Below the pieces are notes generated by a model. The model was not told the DNA's origin. It saw nothing but the letters and a program-made list of their open reading frames with translations, and did not search any database. From contig NIVC01000105.1 of the NCBI GenBank assembly GCA_002269645.1, positions 783,992-847,991 on the forward strand: DNA of 64,000 nt, read 5' to 3'. Made by a program: the position numbers and the translations under genes. This DNA is from Macrostomum lignano (Eukaryota). How positions within the stretch are numbered: the first letter of the stretch is position 1; each line of letters begins with the position of its first letter. Of the stretch, positions 1 through 11,499 are shown one piece after another.

Positions 1-192
1 AGTCTGGGTGGTTTGCGTGATAGGACTTTCCCCTATTATAGGCTTTTTTGTGGTTTGCCCCTGTCAGGCACGTATTTTTATTAGTAGGACGCGATCTCTC
101 TCGTCTCTCTCGCGTCATCAACCTCAATTCGTTTTCTCTGGAACCTTATTTTTGTTCACGCTTGTTTCATTCGTCTCACTCAATCTTGCACA

Positions 193-1851
193 ATGTCCGA
201 CAATGGGGACAACCACGCCGCAGCGTCATTGGCTGACGGAGATGCCGTCGTGCCAGATCAGGACGCAGTCCATGCCGGCGAGCAGCCAGCAGGCGCAGCT
301 GCTGCCGCCGCGCCAGCTCCTAGTGAGCAACTCTTGCTGACTCAAACCTTAGCCTCTCTTCACCGGATGCTCGAAGAGCGTCTCGCCGTTTCCTCGCCGT
401 CCGCGCCAGATTCCTCGCCGCCTGCGAAGCCAGACATACGCCTTCGCCCTCCAATTGCTTATCAGCCGAAGATGAACTTCGATACGTGGGAAGCTCAGCT
501 TACTTCGTATCTAGCCACTTGCCGCGTTCCTGAGGACCAGAAGTCCGCCATTCTCGTATCTTTACTGTCAGCCGAATGCCAAGAGGTATATCTTAATTAC
601 CGGTGTGACCAGTTGCCTTTCGAATCTGCGCTTCGGTTGCTCAGGGAAAGGTACACCGATGCCAAGAAGGACAAGGCCTACGTAGAATTAGTTGCTGCTG
701 TCCAATCTAATAATGAGCAAATGACTGACTTCTTTGACAGACTGGTCTCCTATTCTAGACTAGCGGGTCTCTCGCTCGCTGAAGCGAAGCCCCTACTCAA
801 GGCCAGATTCTGTCATGGGCTGAGGGACCTAGCCGAAAAGCTTCTCTTATGGGATCAGGAAACCGACAGTGCCACCTCCGCAGAAGAGCTGATGCAGAAG
901 GCCAAAGACTTTGTCGGGGTCCGCCAGCTTCTGCATGTGCCTTCTACTGTAGCCAAGGTTCGTGCCATAGAACCTGACGCTGAGAAGAAAGCGTTAGACC
1001 AGAGGGTCGCCGAGCTTGAGAAGATGGTGACCGACCAGGCCAATAGGTTGAGCCAGACCGCTCCGCCTGTCACCACCAATCAGGGGCCCACTCGCACAGA
1101 GCCCACTGGGGGCCCACCACAAGTTAGCCAAACCTATAGGCAACCTAGGTCAGCTCCTCGCCCTCCACGGACTTGCCACCGATGCGGCCAGACCGACCAC
1201 CTGATCGCTGACTGTCCATCGCCCTCGCCGAGACCACAGTCACCAAAGCAGCCCCGGGGGAGCCAAAATCAGCAGCCCAGCCGTGGAAAAGTCACGACTG
1301 AACTAGGAACCATTGCCACGTGGTCTCAGAATTACGGGTTCATCCAATCTGAGCACCTGCCGGAGAAATTGTTCGTGCATATTAGTCAGCTGTCTCCAGG
1401 CCTGCGTAGCCTAGTCGAGCAGCACCGCATTAGGGGGACTAGGGTGAAATTCCAGCGCCAGGTCGACCCTGGGCGCCAGCACGACAAGGCCTGTAATGTG
1501 CAACTTCAGCCAGGGGACAGTGATCCACAATGCAGACAAGGGGGGTACACGGCTGACACCTTTGAGTCTAGCTATTTCGTGCAGCTAGGAGTGGGAGACT
1601 CTAAGGTTCTGGCTTGTCTAGACTCAGGCGCCAATGGCAGCATCATGGGTGCTGACGTGAAAGCCAGACTGGTCGCAGCTGACCCCGTCAACAACATATT
1701 CACGCCTAGTGCCAATAAGCAGCGTGCCACCGCCTTCGGCGGCTCTCAGGTAGACATCCTAGGATCGCTACGCTGCGAAATCAACTTAGGTAATACGACT
1801 AAACAGCATGTATTCCTAGTCACTACTTACTGTACCACGGAAGCCCTTTAG
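193..1851 (+). CDS. gag: Gag with CCHC zinc knuckle, cold-shock domain and aspartic protease N-part (continues in another frame after a 1-nt loss at ~1848)
   Basis: CHRCGQTDHLIADC at 1174-1215; GTIATWSQNYGFIQ..LFVHISQL..GTRVKF..KACNVQL at 1300-1506; LDSGANGS at ~1618; GGC ATG GAT TTC CTA (GMDFL) resumes at 1851 in the -1 frame. Confidence 0.9.
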   Translation: MSDNGDNHAAASLADGDAVVPDQDAVHAGEQPAGAAAAAAPAPSEQLLLTQTLASLHRMLEERLAVSSPSAPDSSPPAKPDIRLRPPIAYQPKMNFDTWEAQLTSYLATCRVPEDQKSAILVSLLSAECQEVYLNYRCDQLPFESALRLLRERYTDAKKDKAYVELVAAVQSNNEQMTDFFDRLVSYSRLAGLSLAEAKPLLKARFCHGLRDLAEKLLLWDQETDSATSAEELMQKAKDFVGVRQLLHVPSTVAKVRAIEPDAEKKALDQRVAELEKMVTDQANRLSQTAPPVTTNQGPTRTEPTGGPPQVSQTYRQPRSAPRPPRTCHRCGQTDHLIADCPSPSPRPQSPKQPRGSQNQQPSRGKVTTELGTIATWSQNYGFIQSEHLPEKLFVHISQLSPGLRSLVEQHRIRGTRVKFQRQVDPGRQHDKACNVQLQPGDSDPQCRQGGYTADTFESSYFVQLGVGDSKVLACLDSGANGSIMGADVKARLVAADPVNNIFTPSANKQRATAFGGSQVDILGSLRCEINLGNTTKQHVFLVTTYCTTEAL

Positions 1852-1954
1852 GCATGGATTTCCTACGCAGCTTCGAGATGCTGCTGGACTTCAACTCTGG
1901 CCGAGCTTTAGTAGCAGGGGTGTCAGTGCCAGTCATTGAGGGGGGCAAGGGAAT

Positions 1955-2232
1955 TGTTAGTCTAGGAAAACTGAGTCAAGTCATGTTTGCAAGCGAAGGA
2001 GAAAACAATTGAACGATCTCTACCGAAGTGACGAAAGTATTTATTTGACTACATAACACGAAACCAGACAAACGCCAACCGATTGGCTGGGGGTTAAAAC
2101 CATGCACACTGGCAAGCACAAATGTACACAGGTAGGGGTAAAACGATAGCGCGCAAGAATGATCAGTCACGGGAGGGAGAGAGAGAGAGAGACAAGTGAA
2201 CCAACATGAAAAACCAAAGCACAACCCCAACA
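1955..2232 (-). mobile_element. Solo LTR (278 bp) of an unrelated LTR element inserted in Gypsy-1 pol
   Basis: TGTTAG...CCAACA termini, 5-bp TSD GGAAT at 1950-1954 and 2233-2237, AATAAA on minus strand; removing it plus one TSD copy restores the reading ...GGKG-IFQLRRVMAAG. Confidence 0.9.
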
Positions 2233-4110
2233 GGAATTTTCCAACTCCGACGTGTGATGGCCGCCGGCACCGTAGAATTGCCCCCGCACTCGGAAACCCT
2301 GATTCCCAGCCGTGTCCTCGACTCTTCGCCCTACACCTCCGGTATAGTCATGTCTCGGATCCTCGGACCAGAGCCCGAGCAGTTGGTAGCCAAGACTCTA
2401 GACTCAGTCAGCGATACTAACCACATTTTAGTGCGCGTGCTCAACAGTGGGGAACAGCCTATTCAGATAACTAGGGGACAAGAAATTGCCTCATTCCAGG
2501 AATTAGATAGTCATGAAGTCGTAGCTCAGACGACCCTGAAGGAGTCTGACTTCAGCCTGGACAATGTAGCTAATCTCACAAGCCAACTCAGCAAGCTGCC
2601 GCCGCCTAGTAGGGAGTTAGCCAAATGGCTGACAACGCAGTTTCAACTAGACCAAGCTAAGTTGTCTAGGGCTCAACTCACCACCGTATTGAAACTGCTC
2701 AACTACTTCAATAGCCAAATCTCTAGGTCAAACACAGACTTAGGCCACACCACATTACACGAGATGGGCATAGAATTAATAGATCCCAAGGCCAAGCCTG
2801 TTGCGCAACCATACAGGCGCACTACGCCAGCACAAAAGGAATTCCTAGATCAGAACATAGCGCAGATGCTCGAGCAGGGGGTCATCAAGGAATGTGACTC
2901 CGACTGGGTGTCACCTATCGTCCTAGTCAAGAAGAAGGACGGCACTCAACGCTTGTGCATAGACTATAGGGCCGTCAATAAACTCATCAAGCCGTATAGC
3001 TTCCTTCTGCCACTCATCGAAGAATCTTTTGACAGCCTTGCTGGGGCCACTGTATTCTCTAGCCTAGATCTGACCTCTGCGTACTGGCAGGTAGGGATTA
3101 AAGAGGAGGCTAGGGACTACACCGCCTTTGACTGCCCCCAGGGCACTTTCCGCTGGAAGGTAGTACCATTTGGGATCAAGACAGCGCCTGCCAATTTCGC
3201 GAAACTAATGCACAAAGTGTTTAGGCCTCTCCTGATGAAGGTTAGCCTCATCTATCTAGATGACATCATCATTAAGGCTGTCAACAATGACCAAATGATC
3301 GCGCATCTCGCGCTGGTCCTCTGGCAGCTTAGAAAAGCCGGTCTCAAAATTAAGCCGTCCAAGTGTCAGCTGTTCAAGGACAAGGTTGCCTTCCTGGGGT
3401 TCGTTGTGTCTAGCCGGGGCATTGAGGCTGACCCAGCGAAGACTCAGGCTGTCCAAGAGTGGCCTAAACCGCTTTCTAAGAAACAGCTCTTATCATTCTT
3501 AGGATTCGCGAATTACTACCGGAAATTCGTGCCGCGATTCTCAATCTTCGCCACGCCTTTGTATGCCTTAGCCAAAAAGGATGCTCCGTTTCTATGGCAA
3601 CCGCATCATGAACGGGCTTTCCAAGAACTCAAACATAGTCTCTGTTCACCACCAATTCTGGCATATCCAGACGTCTCTGCCAAGGGGCGCGAATTTATCT
3701 TGGACTGCGATAGCTCGCTTGATGGCAGCGGGGGTGTGCTGTACCAGCTCGGGCCAGATGGCCAAGAGCAAGTCATAGCTTACGCATCCAAAAAGTTCAA
3801 CAGTAGCGAGAGAAACTACTGCGCCACCATGAGGGAGCTGGTAGGGCTCGTTCTGATGCTCGAGCACTTCCGTCCTTATCTTATTAGACAAGCCTTTCAC
3901 TGTCCGGGTGGACGCGGCCGCGCTCAAATGGCTGCATTCTAAGAAGCATGCCACCGGTATGCTGGCCCAATGACTTGCCACCATTGAACTGTACCCGCTG
4001 AAGGTCCAGCAGTCCACCCTGGAGCGCATAGCCGAATACGATTTCACTGTCCAGTACCGTCCAAGCGCAGAGCACGTGCCTGCTGACGCCCTTAGTAGAC
4101 TACCAAGGTT
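2233..4110 (+). pseudogene. pol: Gypsy-1 reverse transcriptase and RNase H
   Basis: SPIVLVKKKDGTQRLCIDYRAVN, FSSLDLTSAYWQ, PFGIKTAP, IYLDDIII, LDCDSS, YASKK, RELVGL; frameshift near 3898 and TGA near 3970, then ADALSR. Confidence 0.93.
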
Positions 4111-4599
4111 CAGAGCTGATCACTTCGACTGCCCGACGTGTAGTCAGATTCCGGAATTCAAGGGGAAGTTCCGGGACCAAGACCCAAAAACCCGGCGTAC
4201 ACCCCCTCTAGGGAACTGCGTCAGGTGTGTGTCCAGACCATAGGCATTAGCGTCGCGTGTCAGACTGACACGGTTGCCCCGGCTGAACCAACGCCGAACA
4301 TCCGCACTACTGCTAGTTGTGCTGTCCCTAGCCCAGAGACTGAATCCCGTAAGCCTGAAACCGAATCTCAAGTGCCACCTGAACTCATCTGGGCCCAGAA
4401 TGCCCAGGACTCCTGTGTTGACATGGCGCGGCTAATTGCCAGTGTCCAGGGTAAGGCTGAGCCATTGTCCAAGGCCGAACTGCAGGGTTGTAGCCGGGAA
4501 ATACGCTCACTCTGGGCTCAATTCAACGACCTTGAAGTAGTCGAGGGTCTATTGTACCTAGCCAAATCTTCCAAAGCCAAGACTGCCAACAGGCGCCTG

Positions 4600-6036
4600 G
4601 TGGTGCCTGAGACCGCAGACGTCAGTCATCTGGTTCTCCAGTATCATGGCCAGTTGAACCATTACGGTATCACCAAGACGATGGCCGCCCTGAAGGCGCG
4701 CTTCGTCATTTCCGACAGATACTATAGTCAAGGGGGTCCTGGCCGAATGCATCGTTTACGCTAAGACTAAGAAGTCAAAGCGTAAGCTCAAGGCCCCTAT
4801 GCAGCCAGAACTGTCCGGTTACCCGAACCAGGTTGTCCACGTGGACCACGCAGGCCCGTTCGAAGAGTGTGACGGGTACAAGTACCTGCTGGTTATGATT
4901 GACCGGTTCACCGGGTTTGTCGAAGTCGTCCCTGTCCCCGATGTCAGCGCAGAGACCACTGCCACAACCATCCTGGCTGAATGGGTTGCCAGGTATGGGA
5001 TGATGGAGCAGTTGGTGTCTGATAACGGAACTGCCTTCATCAATAGTACCATGGTAGAATTAACTAGGCTCCTACAGATTGACATGGGTCGGATCACAGC
5101 CCGTCGCTCTCAGGCTAACGGTAAAGCTGAGAGGATGATCCAGACGGTGAAAGCCCAGATTAGAGCCATCTGTCTTGAGAGACAATGCGACTGGCCTCTT
5201 GCCAGTCGCCTGGCCGCCATGTCAATCCGTGCCACAGTCGCCGAATCCACCGGATTTACTCCAGCCAAACTTTTCTTCGGGCGTGAGTTCGAACTACCGC
5301 TCGACCTCTGTCACAACCCACCGCCAAATGAGCACTACCAGCCGGAGAGGTACGCTCACCAATTGCATCGTACCCTAGTCGAAACCTCTGCCTTAGCCCG
5401 CCGCACTAGGGATAAAGCCCAGGAAAACAGAAAAGGTATTACGACCGCCGCGCCCTCCGCGCTGAGTTCCACGAGGGAGAATTAGTCTGGGTCTTGAACC
5501 CGAATCACAAGGGCATAGAACCCGCTGTGTGGTTGGGGCCATACCGAGTAGTGCAGCGCTGCTCCGAGCGGACTTACCGTTTAGTCCCCGAGTATGGTCT
5601 CCTAAACCCAGCAGATCGGGTGCCAAATCCGCGCCACAACATTTACAACATTGACCGCCTCAAATTGTGTATTAGACAGCCCACCTACCAAGACGTTGTT
5701 GACCGGTACGGTGAAGCCGCCCACGCCAGATCTCCTGCACCTAGTGCGAACCCACCCAGCGAACCCACGAGCGAGCTTAGCCTCGTCACCATTCCCCAGC
5801 CTCCCTCTGCCCGGCCGGAGAGCCCACGCAGAGCACTAGGGCCAAATCCACCACCGCCAGCTTCAGGCGCCCTTGAGGAGGGGGCGGGAGCTGAAGCTGG
5901 AGAAGGCCAACCATTCGCCGAAGCTGGCGATGCTGTAGCCATTGAGGGACAGCCACAGCCAAACACTGACACTGACAGCACAGACACTGACACCAACCAC
6001 AGCGAAGACAGCCTCAGAGCCATTAGAGCCACCTGA
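4600..6036 (+). pseudogene. Gypsy-1 integrase (HHCC, DDE core, C-terminal extension), frameshifted
   Basis: YHGQLNHYGITKT; VHVDHAGPF; LVSDNGTAF; QANGKAERMIQTVK; TGFTPAKLFFGRE; WLGPYRVV; split over ORFs 4225-4764, 4799-5485, 5494-6036. Confidence 0.92.
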
Positions 6037-6611
6037 ACCTGTTGAGCCACTTGAGCCTGCTGCGCAACCAGACGCCGCTCAGGCAGCTGATCCACCAAGA
6101 TCCAGGTACGGGCGTCCCATTCGCCTGCCTGCCAGGTACCGGACCTGTCAAGTGTCTGACCTGCTCAAGCAGTGGGGAAGCAGACACTAGCCGCCAGTTT
6201 CACGCCCTGGGTACGGCGTAAAACTACCTCCTGTGGCACCTGTTGGCCACAGGTCCCTGCGGCATCTGCCAGCCGCAAGCCACAAAAACCAAGCCATAGC
6301 TGTTGCTCAATGCCAGATACTAAAGTGTGCACAATTGCGTTGCCGTAGTCTATAAAGTACACTAGGGCGTGTATGCCCCTGTAAGCCTAATATGACGACA
6401 ATATGAATATTATATGAATAGTAATAGTATGAATAGTATAAACATTATAGCAATGGCAAAAATAATTGATAGCTTAGAATAATCCTATTGCACTCGGTCG
6501 GTCAATTTTGCAAGAATTGACTTCGATTCATTTTGGGACTACAACGAATTACGACAATTCTCGTCAAACGGCCCTTTTAAGGGTCCTAGACACTACGCCA
6601 ATAACGTGACA

Positions 6612-7336
6612 CTTGGCTTCCGTCGGCTGAACCACCCGGCTTACAGTCCCGACCTCGCCATTGCCGATTTCCACCTGTTTGGTCTGATGAAGATGCCAAT
6701 GCGCGGCAAGGTCTTCACGACTCGGCAGGAAGTCATCGATGCCACCAATGCATCGTTGCAACAGTTCGATGCCAAGTTCTGGGAGACAGGCTTCGACAAG
6801 CTGATCGAACGATATCGGAAGTGCATTGCCTTGGATGGAGAATATGTGGAGCGCGCAAGTCCCAAGCCGGTTGATTCCTCTGAAGAGAACAGCGAGACTG
6901 AGAGCGATTGATGGTGCAGAAGCAATTAATTTTGCTCGAGACACTGATGCCACAGTTTTTTGTTTTATTTGTTTTGCTGATTATGTAGTTGCTGTTCAGT
7001 TTTTTCAGTTAGAGGTTCATCCATAAAATAAATAAACTAGGGATCCTAGTTTATTAATATCCCGTGGAAACTCCGGAAACTTTTGCTAGTCACCTCTACA
7101 TGAGGAGGATTTTTTCATCTTTTCATTTTTGTCGCTAGTTTGGTGAGAAATTGTAAATGCTAGTTGAGAAAATAAAACTTATTATGGCTCTAGCGCCCAC
7201 TGTGGTTCATGGACATGCTTGAAATTTTAACACAACATTCATCCTGGGCTAATGTTTCAATGGGTCAAATGTCTCAGCTCCGATAAAAAGTGCAATGTCA
7301 GGAACACCAGTCCGGAAACTTTTGCAGCACCCTGAG
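6612..7336 (+). mobile_element. 5'-truncated mariner (Tc1/mariner D,D34D) with transposase C-terminus and right TIR
   Basis: HPAYSPDLAIADFHLF..LIERYRKCIALDGEYVE; ends CCAGTCCGGAAACTTTTGCAGCACCCTGAG followed by TA (7337-7338); near-identical to the copy at 23.4-23.6 kb. Confidence 0.92.
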
Positions 7337-8244
7337 TATTATATTATAACAATGAATCTAGTTTTTTAATATTTAGTTCAGGTACTTAAGTCCATATTCC
7401 TTTGCTTTGGACTTGGTCACATTCTACCATGGCATGGATCATGGTCAATACTATACTATAGCTTTCAATCAAACAATATTAAAAATAAATATATAAAATA
7501 AAATATCAATTTTTTTACTTCTGTGATTTTGGTTAAGTAAATTTTGTAATTATAGATAGCTACTAACTCTTGATACTTGACACTAGCAAAAAAATATGCC
7601 ATTTTTTAAGCTAAAAAGTGAACTTCAAAAGATACAATGTTAGCTAAATCTAGAGCTAAAAATGAGCAACAGCTAATCTAATAGCTAGCTAAACAGCTTT
7701 TAGCTTGCTTTAAAATTAGATAGGGCCTATTAGCTACCCATGAAGAATATAATATAAAAGCATATTTGTTAGCTTTTTATTAATATTTTGAGTTTAAAAT
7801 GTACCTAGCCTGCTCTGGCTGAACTAGCTATTTTTAAAATAGGTTTACATGAAAATGGCAAAATGAAGGAGATTATTTGCCTGGAGGGACGTTAGAAATA
7901 AGTTTTTAGGATTACTTTTACCCTATAATTATTTATTTTACTTTATGGTACTATAATAAGTTACTTAAAAAGAATGACTAGTGCTTCAAGCATTAACAGC
8001 CTGGGCGACTCGTAACGACACTGCAATTACAATGTTAATTGTCTGTTAACTTAACATGAACATGTAACGAAGAAAAATGAAATTGTGATTTGATTTTTTT
8101 ATAAATATAACAACTGTGTCAATCTCTTTTGCAATTAACAGAACAAAACCTAACACTAATGATATTTTTCTTGTTTTTACTGCACAAGTATTAACAATAT
8201 ATGTTTTTTAGTAAAGAATATTTTTTGTAAATTTCGTCAGTAAT

Positions 8245-8481
8245 TAGTCCGTCTGCAATTGGTTGCTCTCCGACGTCTGGAATTCGTCGGATATCGAAAA
8301 ACTTTTTAAAACTGGTTTTCTACCGGATAAAAATCTAAAAGCCAAAAACTATATTTCAAGTAGCTGTTGAAAGACCATTCTTCAGAATCCATGAGAAAAA
8401 AATGGACTGCAACAAACTTTTTAGTTACGTCGGATAACGACGTCGCACCGACTTAAAGCCGACGTCGGATTGTTGTACGGG
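8245..8481. mobile_element. Probable right end of an EnSpm-like DNA element (...GTACGGG) with CCGACGTC/GACGTCGG subterminal repeats
   Basis: Clustered CGACGTCG motifs ending in GATTGTTGTACGGG; no matching left end found. Confidence 0.35.
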
Positions 8482-8775
8482 TTCAACAGCAGCCAAGCCT
8501 GGCTGAGTCAGAGTCTACTGGAACTCACTCAAATGGATAAGGTCGCTTCTTAACTGTTGAGGAGTTTAATCAAGGAATGGGTGAGTTGGCCACTTTCTGT
8601 ATTTTTGTGGCTGAAACTTGAGTTTTAAGTTGATTTTGAATGATTTTATCTTGATTTATAGAGTGAAATGATGTCATTTATAAAAGTACCATGATTCATA
8701 TTTAGGGAAATGGTGACCTTGCAAATAATTAAAACAATTTTGTGCATGAAACTGCTACAATATTATATTTTTCAG

Positions 8776-9783
8776 ACAGCCTGAAGCGCTTTATTGCGCA
8801 CAAGCTAAAAAAGCCATGCCTTCTGCTGATCGGCTGCATGCACCTTCTGCTACTGATTTTGTCAATGAGGTGAGGTATTAATTTATTTTTGACTATCGCT
8901 AAAAATGTATTTCCATTCAGGGACAATTAATTTATCAATGTCTAACATACGTTCTCCTTGTGAAACATATTTGACTTGGAGAATTAGCTGAAAAAGAAAT
9001 GGTGCCCTGCCATTATAGCCAGAGTGTGGTTTTCAGAATGTTGTATGTACATTTTGAGGCCTAAATAATAGCTTGCTAACTGCACCCTTCGTCCTCGAAA
9101 CAGGATTTCGTTTGAATCAATGGCATATCCTATACTCTGCTGGACTTTCCTCGGTCAACCACGTCGAAATACATCCGAGCGTTTGCATTGGCAAAGTATG
9201 GACAAGAATGTGTGCAAACTCATATATTCGGAGAGTTCGCTGGATCGTCCCAGAGACCAATGGCATCGACTGAAGTCATCAGCGAGCTGCAGCGTAAGAT
9301 AATACTTAAATACTACTCATGTCCTTCATGAAATTATGAATTATGAAGATTAGAATTACCTTTTTAATAAAATCCAATGAATGAATCTGCAAAGTATTTG
9401 TATATTATGTGTGTATGTGTATTTGTACAACTACAAGTATTTGATTCCCCACCCGCACCCGTGGCTCTTCCACCAATATAATATATTCAGTCATCCATAT
9501 TATGTCTTGTCTTTTTGCTTCTTTCATAACAGGTGTTCTCAACAAGGTCTTCAGAATCCCACGAGAGCAGGTAATGACAAGCTGGCAGGCCGTGAAGGAC
9601 TCGTTGAACTGCGTTGGCCCTGAGACACTATCGGAAGCGGAAAAGCAAAGACGGAAGCCAGAACTGAACCCAATGATCTCTGAGACTTTAAATGACAGTT
9701 CACTACTTTCTCTAATTGTCACTCGTATAAAATATTATTTTCTAATAGTTTTGTATAAGACTAATTTTCAATTTTCAAATTAG
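8776..9783 (+). pseudogene. Spliced BEN-like accessory gene of CACTA module copy 1 (exons ~8776-8869, 9104-9293, 9533-)
   Basis: Exon 9104-9293 (DFV*ING..KYIRAFALAKYGQECVQTHI..ELQ) and next exon (RVLNKVFR..SWQAVKDSLN) align with the gene at 20277-20949 with the same intron positions; TGA where the paralogue has TGC. Confidence 0.6.
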
Positions 9784-10030
9784 TACTACGTGTAGTGTGT
9801 TTTGGACTATTTTTGTCAGCAATATGATGAACAGCAAATCTATTTATTTTTATTGTTTTGATAAAAGAACTAGGACGTTAAGCAGCGGTGGAAGTGGGTG
9901 GTAGAAATTACTTCATAATTAGATAATTTATTTGTTGCTATTATTTTATTGCACTTCTGGCTTCTATTTTCAGCGTTTTTGTCGCGTCTGAATCCAGCTG
10001 CTTAAGCTATTCTATTGAATTGCTTTCGCC

Positions 10031-10870
10031 ATGAGCTCTTCTGACGAAATTTTATCATCGGGGTCATCCTTATCGCCCCATAACAGCATCAAATCTACTC
10101 CCAAACTTCAATGGGCGAGTGCAGTTCTGTATCGGGTTTTGGCTCCAACTTGGCTGCTGTCACCGTTGACCATACACCACCACAATTCCCGATGCAGGCG
10201 CTGTCGGCGTTTGCAATAGCATGACTGGCGCTCAGAATGAAACCCCTGCAAATCAACATTACCCAGCAGAACCTAACAGTGCTGGTTCCAACGACAGTTA
10301 TACCTTTATCTCAGTGTTCAAAGGAGTTGGCCTGACTCTTGACACCGTGTGCGCACTGCTCAAACTATGGATGATCTTATCCGCAGTCTCGAAAGAGGCT
10401 GTCGGAGGTCTTCTTCGCTTTCAACGTCTTCTGCCTCATAACACGTTTCCTGTCTCCTACAAGCGATGCGAACGGTTCTTTGTCGATCCTTTAACTTTCG
10501 TTTTGACTTCGTGCTTAAGCTTTGTCTTGTTTGTTCAGTGCTTGACTGTCAAGATCATCCCATTGACTCTTTTGAGGGGATATGGCTCGTAAGTGTTCAG
10601 CACCAGATCCAAATAACCATAGAACGGCACTTCGATAAGATTATTGCGTACCAAAACGTTTTAGCTCAAAACTATCGAACCGATTTTTAAACTCCGATGT
10701 AGCTAAATATGTAGCGGTGTAGCGGTTCAGCTTCCGTTTTTAACTTGTATTTTCTACTTTCGGCAGATGGTTCGAATTTTTTTAAGGCTTCAGATATGTC
10801 AGTCTGGTCTTTTTGTGCAATATGCCTTAATTTGCCTTGTGAAGTGCGCCAAAAATTCCATTAGTAAAAG
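10031..10870 (+). pseudogene. Degenerate CACTA/EnSpm transposase N-half (module copy 1)
   Basis: LKLWMILSAVSKEAVGGLLRF..P..FPVSYK and DMSVWSFCAICLNLPCEVRQKF resemble the equivalent segments of the 21127 ORF. Confidence 0.6.
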
Positions 10871-11499
10871 GCTGTTTACCCCCGGAAAAGGATCCGTTCG
10901 GGACAGCCCCTGGGGCAATATTTAAAAGATAAAGAAGCTAAAACATACGGGAGTCTTCCCTTTTGTAAAAGCAAAATGCACAAAGATTCAAGGATTATAG
11001 GAAGGGTAAGTCCAGGGTAATATAGGGAGGCTAAGGAGTCTACCACTTAGTCAACGGAGTCTACCGAGAATAGGAGTATTAGTTTAATCAAATTAGGTAA
11101 AATAGGGAAAGACTAAGAGAGTCTATCATTAGTCTAAAGTAAGAACCGGAGTCTACCGAATTATAAACATAGGAAACGAATAGTGTAATTTCACTCTTTG
11201 CATATTTGGTTCTAATAACCTCACATAATTTTGACTCTTGTCTCACTTATTTTAATTTAACATTAATTATAGAGAACGTTAGTCTGGTGGCAGCAACCTA
11301 CCAAATTAAAGTACATGATAATAAAAATAGCAGTAAACCTAAACCAGTAGCTTAACCGCGAGGACACGCCGATACCATAATATTATCATATCGTAAAGAT
11401 TATTAAGTAAATAATATCAAATAATTTATAATTTTTTCCAAAAAAAAATTGAATGCTTTTTCGAAAAAAAGATTTCATTAATTAGGCACGACAGATCAT

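Larger units (their letters stand above)
1..6190 (+). mobile_element. Ty3/Gypsy LTR retrotransposon (Gypsy-1), internal region; gag-pol broken by indels, stops and a solo-LTR insertion; its own LTRs not located
   Basis: Domain order Gag(CCHC)-PR(LDSG)-RT(YLDD)-RNaseH-IN(HHCC remnant, VHVDHAGP, LVSDNG, GKAER) is Gypsy order; ends with typical RSRYGRPIRLPARY tail near 6100-6135. Confidence 0.95.

Noticed and set aside
1844-1851. CCCTTTA as a programmed -1 frameshift in Gypsy-1
   Set aside because: It is not in X_XXY_YYZ phase (codons are GCC CTT TAG) and it lies inside the protease; loss of one T from CTT TTA GGC is simpler.
6130-6400. 3' LTR of Gypsy-1
   Set aside because: The purine-rich tract at ~6167-6184 is not followed by a clear TG...CA LTR, and there is no match to the window start, so boundaries cannot be supported.
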